A stretch of DNA of 64,000 nt from a virus. Lineage: Duplodnaviria; Caudoviricetes. This document shows positions 20,712-29,931 of this stretch, piece after piece (within the stretch, counting starts at the first letter, position 1; every line of letters starts with the position of its first letter). The DNA lies in IMG/VR virus record IMGVR_UViG_2627853766_000003. One strand, written 5' to 3'. The translations under genes and the position numbers were made by a program. The notes beneath the pieces are model-generated. The model saw nothing but the letters and a program-made list of their open reading frames with translations. It did not search any database and had not been told where the DNA came from.

Positions 20712-23700
20712 CTATCCATGCTGGTTCACCGCCGCAATTTGCGTCGGGCGGACCAAGTCCAAATATCCGGACTGCCCGATCGAGGCCAGGAAACTCACGA
20801 GTTCCTCCACACGTTTGACTGTTGCGGTTGTGCCACGTGATTGGCCAGCCGTTAGGAGCGCTCGAATTGATTGATCTTGACCTACGTAGACCCACGGTTC
20901 AACGTTTTGATTCGTGAGCAACTTCTCTAGGACCTCGACAGCGCGATCCACATGTGTTTCACAAACCTTGGCAAGCCACGCCACAACGTTGTATGCCGGC
21001 TCCGGGACGAACCCTGAGCGCAACATCCTGAGTAGTCGGTCAAAGAGCCAAGTGAGGTCGATTTGATGGTTCTCGCACCACAGCCCGATTGAACCGAGTT
21101 CTCCCTCAAAGTGGGCACGCTCGGTTGCAACCTCGCTAGCGGCAAGCCGACTGTCCCAAAAGGCCAGCACCCGCGTCCGCTGCAAATCCGGGAAGTCAGT
21201 GGCAGGTTTCTGCAAGTTCCTACCTAGCGCCCACATGACATGTTGGCGAACCTTCCCTGGTGCCTTGATCAGGAAGGAGTCAAGCAACCCGCCAGATTGA
21301 AGATCGAGATATTCGTTCAGATAGAGAATAACCAGGTACTCGCCAAGGCGATTCTGTCGGTACCCTTTGCGATCGTTGGGCGTGTCAGCAATGAGTCCTA
21401 TCTCATGCACATAGTCGCTGCGCAGATCGTCAAGCTTTGAACCAAGTGGCCCACCGTCATGAAGAAGGTGGCTAAGCCATGCAGCGCGCCGCAACTGCTG
21501 ATCGGATCGTGCAAACATTGGCACCATGTTTTCGGTGAGCCAGCTCTCTCCAAAATAAAACAGCCACCCTAGATAGCGCCCCATGATCGACCGCGGGATG
21601 CGACCGTTTGGTGAGCAATCCCGAAGTTCAGTCTCTAATGCAGCCATGACCGGCGGCGTCAGTGCGAGAGCTTCGCGCGGCGTGCTCGCATGCGTCGATC
21701 CCGCTTCCTTGCTCAGCCAAAAGATCAACAGTATGCAAAGTTCAATGGCAGCCCCTCGCAAAGTTGTTTCCGAAGCGAAGTACGGGTCCCTCTCAAATCG
21801 CTCTTCAAAGTCGTCAACCTCGGGCGCCTGAGGTGCGTGACGATGAAGTGTTAAGAGCAGGTCCTGAACTGTTTCCTTGTGTTCAAAACCTATCCCAGCG
21901 GCGCCACGCCGCAAGCCTGCCTTCAGGAGCTCGCCCCCGGCTGCGCAGGCCCAATGCCATGTCGGATCGTCGCCTTCGGCAATCGAGGCCGAAGCAATTG
22001 GCTCATTCAGGCGGGAAAATGTTAGACCGAGCAACTGTAGAACCGAGGTCCATGGGAAATCGCGCTGATTTCTTGTCGCATCGCTCAACCCATCAAGCAA
22101 TCGATGAACGTAGACGGCAGGAAGGTCGGCAAACTGCATGGCCTCTTGCGCATACTTCACCGGGTTCTGGGTCGCGACCCTCATTAGCTCCTGAGCAAGA
22201 GCTGTTATAGTCTGACGCCGCGGCTCATGGCGGGGCTGCCAGTCACGCAGGAATGCGACGATCTCTGCGATGGGCTGCGACGCGAAATCTGCTGTTGCCA
22301 GCGGGCTTTCTTCCTGTCCAGTCCAATATGCGTTCCGCCAAGCCTCAGGATCGCCAAACTCTGCGACGATTGCATCGACCGAGCGCTGTCGATCTGTCGG
22401 CAGTACAGCCCGCCAATACCAAAGTGCATCGCGCAACACGTGGGCCGAGAAGATACGCACCTCTTCAGCATTCGGTGGCTGCTTCGCGCGCTCTTCAAAG
22501 CGTGCCTTCCAGCCGTCCATATAGCGCCCTGAAATAGCATCTGCTTGCCCGAGGACTGTCTGCTGATCCGTGGGTGTCAGCGATGGAAACCAAGCAAGCG
22601 CAAGGAGCGCGTACTCGTGCGTGCACCATGGCGCTTCGAGAAGCTCGGCATCCAAGAGCAATGACCTTGCCCGCTCGGACGCAGCGGCCGGGTGCTGTGA
22701 AAGCAAGAACATTTCCAAGCGGCGAAAGAGCTTTGGCGTATGCTTTCCAAGCACTTCCAAGACAGCCGGCATCTGCAGTGCGTCGCCGTGGATGATCTGC
22801 TCGGCAGAATATCGCACTTGGCACTTCAACGCGTCGTAGATGCTGTAGTTAGCGTTCGAGTCATCCGTAATCAGTCCTTGATCGTATGACGTAGGATCGA
22901 ACGCCGGATCATCGCCAGCCTTGCGACTGACCACCGCTTGGTTCAAGAGATCGCTGAACAGTTCTAGGGCTGCCACGCCAAATGCCGCCGTCAGCACGGG
23001 CGTCAACTGCGGCAAGCTGTGCTCATACATGTGCTGTGCATAGAGGCTTGTGGTGTTGCCGTCGTCGCCGAACACCTGCAGGAGGCGGGCTGCCACCGCT
23101 AGCGCCGCAGCGCGCTGCCCCCCGTTTGCGAGTCGCTTTACCAATTGCTCAGCCGGCTGAAGCGTCATGGAGTTGGCATCGCGGTCAAGCCATCCGACCG
23201 CGACCTCTGCAAGAGACGCGGCTTCGGCGGCCGGAAAGGCGGCGATGATCTCCATACCGCTGCGCCTGACATCGGGGTGTTTTGAGGGTGCAACATTTCT
23301 GACAGCCATCGCAACCTGGTCTCTGACAGTTGCGTCCTCAGACTCCGCCATGCGCCGCAGATAGCTTCCTGCTGGCCATTCTCCAAACCGTCCGACGTTG
23401 ACGCCTGCGCCCGTGAGCTCTGGCAGCGGCGGCCCGATGAGTTTCTGCTGGGCCAGAAAAGGCAACCAATCTGCGGTTTGCAGTCTGTGGAAGAAATGCC
23501 ACTGCAGCGGCATTGCGCTGGGCACTTCTGCTCCGAATAATTTGGCCGCTTGACTTTTGTCGGACATCGCAGCAAGTTCCTCGACCCGTCGCATGAGCAC
23601 GCTGTAGCGCCTTTGTAGTGCTACAGCGACGGCGCGGATCACCATCTCGAATGGTTGCTGGGACTTCTTCCGAAAATCTTCGTCGACCAACAATGACTCG

Positions 23701-24161
23701 TGGAACGAGTGCTCATGCGCTCTGCCAGCCGTCTTGGACAGCGAAATCCAGGCTTCAGCAACGTCACCGTCAGGTGCAAGTCCGAGGCTCGCAGCGATTT
23801 GACGAATTTGGTTCGCTTGGTTGGTCCGAGGCTTAAGTGCTTCAATCGCTCTTTCGATTGCGGTGTTGTCGAGTCCGAGTCTTGACAGTTCTTCCCTGGC
23901 TTTGATGTGCAGTGGATCGATTGACTCTTCAGCGGGGCGTATCTCCAATGAAGCTTTTAGTGAACGACGCAGTATCCCTTCAAGCTCACGCAATGCATGA
24001 GCGGCGATTGGCCGCGATACGCGCAGCTCGAAGACTCCCAATGCCAAACGGCAAAAGTCGACGTAGCGGTCCGAGATCGCGCGGCCGAGCAAGCGCTCCA
24101 GCAAGTTGGCGGTGTCTTGCTGTTCGGCGCTCAGCTCACTGCTCTCATCAGATTCCGTCAT
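20712..24161 (-). CDS. Large alpha-helical protein, putative anti-phage defence, possible N-terminal HEPN-like domain
   Basis: 1149 aa; N-terminal AAHALRELE...GRAH motifs, then a long Trp/Leu-rich helical-repeat region; occupies the cargo position; no Walker A seen. Confidence 0.55.
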   Translation of the reverse strand: MTESDESSELSAEQQDTANLLERLLGRAISDRYVDFCRLALGVFELRVSRPIAAHALRELEGILRRSLKASLEIRPAEESIDPLHIKAREELSRLGLDNTAIERAIEALKPRTNQANQIRQIAASLGLAPDGDVAEAWISLSKTAGRAHEHSFHESLLVDEDFRKKSQQPFEMVIRAVAVALQRRYSVLMRRVEELAAMSDKSQAAKLFGAEVPSAMPLQWHFFHRLQTADWLPFLAQQKLIGPPLPELTGAGVNVGRFGEWPAGSYLRRMAESEDATVRDQVAMAVRNVAPSKHPDVRRSGMEIIAAFPAAEAASLAEVAVGWLDRDANSMTLQPAEQLVKRLANGGQRAAALAVAARLLQVFGDDGNTTSLYAQHMYEHSLPQLTPVLTAAFGVAALELFSDLLNQAVVSRKAGDDPAFDPTSYDQGLITDDSNANYSIYDALKCQVRYSAEQIIHGDALQMPAVLEVLGKHTPKLFRRLEMFLLSQHPAAASERARSLLLDAELLEAPWCTHEYALLALAWFPSLTPTDQQTVLGQADAISGRYMDGWKARFEERAKQPPNAEEVRIFSAHVLRDALWYWRAVLPTDRQRSVDAIVAEFGDPEAWRNAYWTGQEESPLATADFASQPIAEIVAFLRDWQPRHEPRRQTITALAQELMRVATQNPVKYAQEAMQFADLPAVYVHRLLDGLSDATRNQRDFPWTSVLQLLGLTFSRLNEPIASASIAEGDDPTWHWACAAGGELLKAGLRRGAAGIGFEHKETVQDLLLTLHRHAPQAPEVDDFEERFERDPYFASETTLRGAAIELCILLIFWLSKEAGSTHASTPREALALTPPVMAALETELRDCSPNGRIPRSIMGRYLGWLFYFGESWLTENMVPMFARSDQQLRRAAWLSHLLHDGGPLGSKLDDLRSDYVHEIGLIADTPNDRKGYRQNRLGEYLVILYLNEYLDLQSGGLLDSFLIKAPGKVRQHVMWALGRNLQKPATDFPDLQRTRVLAFWDSRLAASEVATERAHFEGELGSIGLWCENHQIDLTWLFDRLLRMLRSGFVPEPAYNVVAWLAKVCETHVDRAVEVLEKLLTNQNVEPWVYVGQDQSIRALLTAGQSRGTTATVKRVEELVSFLASIGQSGYLDLVRPTQIAAVNQHG

Positions 24162-24441
24162 CGATTTGGCCTTGATTCGGTAGAACTGTCCTGCCGGTGC
24201 GATGCCTACACACGTACTTTACAGACGGCCGGCGTTTAAGGATCCTAAAAGCAGTCTAACAACGATGGCTGGTTGTGGCCGATTACGGACTGGCGGTTAG
24301 ACGCCCCAAGAATACCCCTTGGATTAGAGTCTGTCTGACATGTAGTGTCAGGTCAAGTCTGAGTTATTACACATCACTGCATCATATTTGCATCAAATAC
24401 GGTGAAAATCCGCATGAAATAACACTTGTCCCTCCAATCCA

Positions 24442-24657
24442 TCACTTGAGAATGAAATCCAGGGTTTCGCGAAGGCCTTTCAGCACGCCCTGAATTCTAT
24501 CCTTGGTCTCTCTTGAATATGCGCCATGGGTTTGGGCGTTAAAGCTTACGCGCTCTTTTCCCTCTGCCGTTTTCGGACCGCTTGATTGCTCCCATGGCTT
24601 CCATCTCTGAATCAATTCTGACTGCCTCAACCGTTCTTCCTGTGTCCATTTCCGCAT
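24442..24657 (-). CDS. HGGxSTG-like small protein
   Basis: WKPWEQSSGPKTAEGKERVSFNAQTHG; overlaps the 3' end of the upstream gene. Confidence 0.7.
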   Translation of the reverse strand: MRKWTQEERLRQSELIQRWKPWEQSSGPKTAEGKERVSFNAQTHGAYSRETKDRIQGVLKGLRETLDFILK

Positions 24658-25189
24658 AACTTCCATCTCCTTCAGTTAATAGTTTGTTTTGGATTTCTTG
24701 ATTTTCTCGTGCGGGCGCGCGCGTCCGGGTAGCACCATTGCCGCCATTGTTGACCTGCACGTTCTGCCCAACATTGGCTTGCTTGATAAACGTCGCCGCA
24801 GCACGAGGGGACTTGATTTCGGAAAGTGCTTCCACTGTCGTGCGACACTGTGACTGTGCCTTCAATGCCAAACGCAGATAAACATCCATTGCCCCAGTGT
24901 TGGTTCCAATATTTGCTTGCGCTCGCTTCGCTAAATTGTTGAAAATTGCGTTCAATGCGAACGCTTGAGCCCCAAGCATTGACTCAAGGCACGATAAATC
25001 ACCTTTTTCTATACGGGCGGAATACTGATTAGCGACGGCGAACACTTCGTCGAGAGCAATCGGCCCCCACGCGTCCCCCGAAAATTCTCGTGTAGTCATG
25101 GCATTAGAGTCAACAGGATCAAGGCAAATTACGGCAGCCTTGTGGTCACGACTGACGTTTTTATATGCATCAGCGTTGAGTTTTTTCAT
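24539..25189 (-). CDS. Conserved satellite hypothetical protein
   Basis: ATG at 25189 in ATGA overlap; LRLALKAQSQCRTTVEALSEIKSP..FIKQANV..VQVNNG. Confidence 0.75.
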   Translation of the reverse strand: MKKLNADAYKNVSRDHKAAVICLDPVDSNAMTTREFSGDAWGPIALDEVFAVANQYSARIEKGDLSCLESMLGAQAFALNAIFNNLAKRAQANIGTNTGAMDVYLRLALKAQSQCRTTVEALSEIKSPRAAATFIKQANVGQNVQVNNGGNGATRTRAPARENQEIQNKLLTEGDGSYAEMDTGRTVEAVRIDSEMEAMGAIKRSENGRGKRARKL

Positions 25190-25410
25190 AACGACTTCAC
25201 TTTCTGCCCGGCAGCCGGGAATTTTTGTTTGATTTGATGCATGGCGGCACGCACTGCGTCGAACGCTTGCGCACGCCTCGATCCTTTGAGCGATGACTTG
25301 GGGATGACAAACTCTCCACAGTCGGTGTTCCAATACTCGGCCGATAAGTCGGAGTCACGCTGGCGCTGATAGTCACCATTAGCATTGCGGGAGTGTAGCG
25401 ATTCGCTCAT
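25186..25410 (-). CDS. Hypothetical protein
   Basis: Translationally coupled by 4-nt overlaps on both sides. Confidence 0.6.
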   Translation of the reverse strand: MSESLHSRNANGDYQRQRDSDLSAEYWNTDCGEFVIPKSSLKGSRRAQAFDAVRAAMHQIKQKFPAAGQKVKSL

Positions 25411-26141
25411 ATCGATCTACTGGCTACGTAGTTGGCAACCTTCTTTGCTAGTTCTGCACGCTGCTGGCGAGCAATCTCAGCATCAGTCGGTATTGCGGCC
25501 CGATTGGCTTGGCGTTGAGCATCCAGATCAGCCAGCAGTTTTTTAACCTTCCCTAGTTGCTCGCGTACGCTAGGATCATCTCCTTGCACTTTCTGCTCAG
25601 GTGGGGCCAGAAGCGCGGCGACGACAGAAGCAGGCAACCGGCTGGTGCGCTCGGCCGCTTGTAACGCCAGGACTTTGCGGCTCTTATCATGCCCCTCAGA
25701 GACGATCCAAGCTGGGGCGCGCATCTGGAACCTGGCGACGTCAATCAAGCGTTGATACGCCTCAATGAATGCCTTGCGAGCGCTGATTGCGCCGCTGCTG
25801 TCAAGCACCGGCCTGGCAATGGCGAAGGCTTCTGCCATTTCCTGCGTCCAGACAATCGTTTCATTCTCATCGGTGCTCAATAAGGACAGCGCCCAAGCTT
25901 CTTCCGCAGCCGGACGGCCATCGAGCAGCTTGCAGCGCTTGACGATACCAGCAGGCTTCGGCTCGAACGTGCCTTCGTCGTTGATGTAGGACGCGAATCC
26001 AGCAGCCACAACGCGTAACGGGTAGGGCGAGAGGGATTTCCACCACGTTGCTAGCATCGACGTCTCAGGTAACGGCTTTGCGTATTGCGCCATGCAGTCC
26101 TTGAGTAGCTCAAAAAACTGAGTCTTCTCGTCATCAAGCAT
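25407..26141 (-). CDS. Replication accessory / helicase-loader-like phage protein
   Basis: P.PA.I....DGRPAAEEAWA...DE.ETIVWT.EMAEAF..AR...AR.AF.EAY.RL pattern typical of genes that follow phage replication initiators. Confidence 0.65.
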   Translation of the reverse strand: MLDDEKTQFFELLKDCMAQYAKPLPETSMLATWWKSLSPYPLRVVAAGFASYINDEGTFEPKPAGIVKRCKLLDGRPAAEEAWALSLLSTDENETIVWTQEMAEAFAIARPVLDSSGAISARKAFIEAYQRLIDVARFQMRAPAWIVSEGHDKSRKVLALQAAERTSRLPASVVAALLAPPEQKVQGDDPSVREQLGKVKKLLADLDAQRQANRAAIPTDAEIARQQRAELAKKVANYVASRSI

Positions 26142-27105
26142 GACTTGGCTCCATGTCGATGGTCATCCCATCATCAAGCGGTCTGCAGCCAATAGCCAAA
26201 AATTCAGCCATGACGCGAGCGTTGGTTTGCTCGATGGTTTCGCCAATGGGGCGTGTCACAGATAACGTACCTTGATCGCGTTGGATAACCAACGTGCCCC
26301 ACTTTTCACGGAGTTTTCCCGGCGATAGAATGTTGGCACACCAGAACGAACTCTGCTTCGACCACTGGAACAGTTCGCAGATGTCGCGGTGGCTGCGATT
26401 ATCGATTTCACGCATCAGACGTACATCGTTCGCCCATGTTTCCCAATTCGGTTCCTTCGTCGTCGCGTCGACCTTGAGCACCAACTTAAACATCCAGCGT
26501 GCTGCACTATGATCTTCTTCGGTCCCGTGTTTTTTCTTCGATGGCACGGCGACCGTTGGCGCGGTAGTGTCGACGTTTCTCTGCTCTTGCTCTTGTTTCT
26601 GCTCCTGCTCCTGTTCTTGGCTTACAAGGGGCTTGTAGGGGGCTTCTAATGCGGCATTGATGGGACTTTCTAAATCGCGCATTTCACTCATATTAAAAAT
26701 CCCCGCGTACTTCTCGTAAAACCCGCGTAAATGCTGGTTCTTGGGTAGATCGTTATAGTCATTCTGAACACCCAAACACCGCTTATCCTCGGGCTTTAAT
26801 GGCTTTAATTTCTCGGAAATCTGATATGCGGCCATCTCGTAGACCCATACCATCTCAGCCTGATGATCGTAGGCGCAAAATCCGGCTTGCATGGCGCATT
26901 CAAGTCCCTTGGTAGCCCCCTCTAAGCCCAGGCCAGTCTCGTGAGCAATAATGTTAATGGGAAGATAGTAGAGGCCAAGCATGTTTGCGTTCGGGGCCGT
27001 CATGAGATACATGCCGACAATAAGCGCCTCCACGCCTTGCTTACGTAAAGCTTTGCCAGTCGTTCCTATCCAAAACTTAGGGCTAACTTTTGAGTAGTTA
27101 CGCAT
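26134..27105 (-). CDS. Phage replication initiator (O-like)
   Basis: MRNYSKVSPKFWIG.TGK N-terminus, QEQEQEQ linker, C-terminal WANDVRLMRE.D...FWCANILSP.KLREKW. Confidence 0.85.
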   Translation of the reverse strand: MRNYSKVSPKFWIGTTGKALRKQGVEALIVGMYLMTAPNANMLGLYYLPINIIAHETGLGLEGATKGLECAMQAGFCAYDHQAEMVWVYEMAAYQISEKLKPLKPEDKRCLGVQNDYNDLPKNQHLRGFYEKYAGIFNMSEMRDLESPINAALEAPYKPLVSQEQEQEQKQEQEQRNVDTTAPTVAVPSKKKHGTEEDHSAARWMFKLVLKVDATTKEPNWETWANDVRLMREIDNRSHRDICELFQWSKQSSFWCANILSPGKLREKWGTLVIQRDQGTLSVTRPIGETIEQTNARVMAEFLAIGCRPLDDGMTIDMEPSHA

Positions 27106-27541
27106 CTACGACTTTGTCCATGGCGGCATTAGTTGCGAACATGTCGGCCTGCATCAGATTAATGCCCGCCTTTTCCAGCACATACAATGCGACGCTGGCA
27201 TGTAAATACCCGTCGGAGTCCACAGCAGTTACGCGTGCAGTGGAAATTGAATGCCCAAGCTTGCGAAGCTCCTTAACACGAGCGCCGCTATGTGATATGT
27301 CTTTGGCGCGAAGGTTGTAGGTCGTTTGTCGACATATCCCCAGTAACTCCAATACGCGAGTGCGCCGGTCTTCTGCGCTGTTGGACCGTCTCCACAAAAT
27401 ACAGGAGGCTGTACTGGCGGCGGATAACGAGGTATGATTTAGAGATGCTGTGTTCTTGGAAGCCGTGTTCTCTTGGTCGGGGGCGACGGCTTTTATTTTT
27501 TTACTCGGTGGATTCCTATTCATGCGGAGACTCCGGCGCAC
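27098..27541 (-). CDS. Winged HTH protein
   Basis: RVLELL...TTYNLR...SGARVKELRKLGHSIST...VALYVL. Confidence 0.7.
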   Translation of the reverse strand: MRRSLRMNRNPPSKKIKAVAPDQENTASKNTASLNHTSLSAASTASCILWRRSNSAEDRRTRVLELLGICRQTTYNLRAKDISHSGARVKELRKLGHSISTARVTAVDSDGYLHASVALYVLEKAGINLMQADMFATNAAMDKVVDA

Positions 27542-27738
27542 CGTGCGATAAATGCATCGATCTCATCCGCATCCCACGCCGTGACCCCTTCACTCAACTT
27601 GAACGGTTTTGGAAATCCGTTTTTTTCCTCTCGCAACCAGCGCCAGATTGTTGCAGGACTCACGGGAAGTTTACCTGGTTTGCCTTTTGTGCTTGCCAGT
27701 TCACTGAGTCGGATAAATTTACATTTTCGTTTTGACAC
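27520..27738 (-). CDS. alpA: AlpA-family excisionase/regulator
   Basis: LPVSPATIWRW...FPKPFKLSEGVTAWDADEIDAF. Confidence 0.9.
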   Translation of the reverse strand: MSKRKCKFIRLSELASTKGKPGKLPVSPATIWRWLREEKNGFPKPFKLSEGVTAWDADEIDAFIARCAGVSA

Positions 27739-27794
27739 AATTCAATCCTTGAAAACACGCCTTAGCGCAACGGATTGAACTATGATTTGACTCA

Positions 27795-28427
27795 CTAATT
27801 TTGTGAATGCTTTCTGCCCGCAGGGTGTAATTTGTCCCAAGACAATATTTTGCGGTAAATCACTATATATGTAAGTATGCTCATTCTCTGATCAAGCACA
27901 GCGCGGGCAGCTGAAGCGGCATTTTTAAATTTTAGCCTATGTAATTTATACCATGCGTACAAATCATCTTCGAGCGCATGATTCTCTTGGTGGGACGCGT
28001 ATGCGGCTCGTGCCGAAGAAGCAGAATTAGAGAATTTTTTGTTGCCTGCATAGATTGCTCCCTGCAATAGACCTAGCATACGATTGGCCTCGGCAGCATT
28101 GCGCCAAGACTCGTAACTGTTTTCTCTTCCCTTAATGGCCTGCACGGCAAATGCACATGACGCTACTAGTAGCCCCAGTCGTATGGCTGCGATTCTGATT
28201 TTAACTGGCTTAGATTTGCAGCTTTCCTCAATATCTAGCATTACTTCCAGCTGAGATTCGCCGGTTATGTCATCAGCCAAACAACGTTGTACAAACAATT
28301 CGTAAAAATTTTGAGATTCGTCAAGTTTCAATGTTTGATGAAACGAATCCAGTGTACCTAAGATGGCTGCTGCGAATGTTTTTGACGACTGCTCGTCATT
28401 TGGTTTTTGACTTCTGAGCTCTTCCAT
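27795..28427 (-). CDS. Hypothetical protein between integrase and alpA
   Basis: Low-GC ORF; start placed at MEELRSQK, uncertain. Confidence 0.6.
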   Translation of the reverse strand: MEELRSQKPNDEQSSKTFAAAILGTLDSFHQTLKLDESQNFYELFVQRCLADDITGESQLEVMLDIEESCKSKPVKIRIAAIRLGLLVASCAFAVQAIKGRENSYESWRNAAEANRMLGLLQGAIYAGNKKFSNSASSARAAYASHQENHALEDDLYAWYKLHRLKFKNAASAARAVLDQRMSILTYIVIYRKILSWDKLHPAGRKHSQN

Positions 28428-28458
28428 ATTTTTCTCGATAATTGCCACCGAACTGTTA

Positions 28459-29679
28459 TTAGTTCGCAGCTCGAAGTGACAGAACATCTGCACCCATACG
28501 CAATTTGTCGAGGTAATTTGACCATCGTTGCATCATTTCTCGTCGGGCCGGTAAATGCGCCGTGCGATTGTAGGCGCGACCGTTCGGGTCTTTTACCGCG
28601 TGTGCTAATTGATGTTCTATCAAATCTATCCGTTCGCCCAGCACTTCATCCATGATTGTGCGAGCCATTGCCCGGAATCCATGTCCCGTCATAACTTCTT
28701 TGCTGTAGCCCATGCTACGTAATGCCGCGTTGACGGTGTTTTCGCTCATGCAGCGTTCGCCGGTGCGAATGCTTGGGAAAACGTACTTGCCGTGTCCGGT
28801 CATAGCTTGCATGTCACGCAGTATCTCGACCGCCTGCGTCGATAGCGGCACCAGGTGGTCGATTTTCATTTTCATTTTTTCGCCTGGTATGCGCCACTCT
28901 GCTGCATCCAGGTCAATTTCCATCCACACTGCTGACCGCAGTTCTCCTGGACGCACAAACAGCAGCGGGGATAATTTCAGGGCTGCTACGGCATAAGGAT
29001 GTCCGGTATAGGCATGGATCGAACGCATCAACTCTCCAGCCTGTTTCGGCTCTGTAATGGCAGCATAGTGGGCTTTCGGAACAGCGGACAACGCGCCGCG
29101 TAGGTCTGCCGTAACGTCGCGTTCTGCTAGACCAGTGGCAACGCCGAACCTAAACACTTGGCCGCATATCTGCTTGATCTTGTGCGCCGACTCAATAGCT
29201 CCGCGTGCCTCTATCTTGCTTAGCGCCGCCAGCACGTCCTTTGGCTTGATATCGGAGATTGGCATGGAACCGATGAAGGGGAAGATGTTCCGTTCCAGCC
29301 AAGCCGTATTTTTTTCTTGGGTGCTTTCGGCGCGATTTGCCGCCGTCTTGCCAAGCCACGTGCGCGCCACTGTTTCAAAAGTGAATGCGGCCGCCGCGAT
29401 CTTGGCTTGTTTATCGTCGCGCTTGGCTTTGCCAGGATCGATACCTTCCGCCAGCAACTCGCGGGCCTCATCGCGTCGTTTTCTGGCCTTGGCAAGCGAC
29501 ACAGCAGGGTAGACGCCCAGCGCCAGCGTTTTTTGCTTGCCGGTGAAGCGGAAGTTCATGCGCCAGTATTTCCCGCTCGCGTTCACTAGCAGATATAGCG
29601 CTTGCCCGTCGGCGTGTTTGTCGCCAGCCGGTGCACCGCTGTGTTTTACCTGTCGAATGAATGTGTCTGTCAGTGCCAT
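28459..29679 (-). CDS. int: P4-family tyrosine integrase
   Basis: MALTD...DG..LYL.V..SGKYWR..FRF.GKQKTLALGVYP arm-binding domain; catalytic RPGELR, HGFR, QLAH, AYNR. Confidence 0.95.
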   Translation of the reverse strand: MALTDTFIRQVKHSGAPAGDKHADGQALYLLVNASGKYWRMNFRFTGKQKTLALGVYPAVSLAKARKRRDEARELLAEGIDPGKAKRDDKQAKIAAAAFTFETVARTWLGKTAANRAESTQEKNTAWLERNIFPFIGSMPISDIKPKDVLAALSKIEARGAIESAHKIKQICGQVFRFGVATGLAERDVTADLRGALSAVPKAHYAAITEPKQAGELMRSIHAYTGHPYAVAALKLSPLLFVRPGELRSAVWMEIDLDAAEWRIPGEKMKMKIDHLVPLSTQAVEILRDMQAMTGHGKYVFPSIRTGERCMSENTVNAALRSMGYSKEVMTGHGFRAMARTIMDEVLGERIDLIEHQLAHAVKDPNGRAYNRTAHLPARREMMQRWSNYLDKLRMGADVLSLRAAN

Positions 29680-29690
29680 GAAACCCTCGG

Positions 29691-29751
29691 TGTTGGTATG
29701 TCGTTTAGCACTTTTGAAAGGTACCAACAAAAATACCTATAAATTGTTGGT
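29691..29751. repeat. Integrase arm-type sites (TGTTGGTA / TACCAACA)
   Basis: TGTTGGTA at 29691 and 29744, inverted TACCAACA at 29722, all between int and att. Confidence 0.55.
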
Positions 29752-29786
29752 ATCTCATGGTATCGGGTGAAACGGCTTGAGACAAC

Positions 29787-29821
29787 AAAAAACCCGCCAT
29801 GCTTGGGAGCATGCGGGTTTT
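29787..29821 (-). terminator. Terminator downstream of the tRNA 3' end
   Basis: AAAAAACCCGC-CATGCT..AGCATG-CGGGTTTT hairpin with A and T tails. Confidence 0.7.
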
Positions 29822-29853
29822 GAGAGTGCTTGATACTGCATGAAACGTGTTCC

Positions 29854-29870
29854 TGGTGCCGAGAGCCGGA
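29854..29870 (-). other. att core: 3'-terminal 17 nt of a tRNA (probably tRNA-Leu)
   Basis: Minus strand TCCGGCTCTCGGCACCA = T-stem half, acceptor half and ACCA; no 5' tRNA half adjacent; lies at the satellite/prophage junction. Confidence 0.8.
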
Positions 29871-29931
29871 AACTCGGATTGAGCATCTGAGCGGCTCTCG
29901 GTGGTGTTGGTGTAAATGAGGTGTAGTGCGG

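Larger units (their letters stand above)
20600..29870 (-). mobile_element. PICI-like integrative satellite module B
   Basis: P4-type integrase beside a tRNA 3'-end core, then hypothetical, AlpA, HTH, replication initiator, loader-like gene, small conserved genes and one large cargo gene; no capsid or tail genes. Left att not found. Confidence 0.7.

Noticed and set aside
24324-24362. IS end or MITE (TAGAGTCTGTCTGACA..TGTCAG)
   Set aside because: Only a short hairpin, with no partner terminal repeat or transposase.
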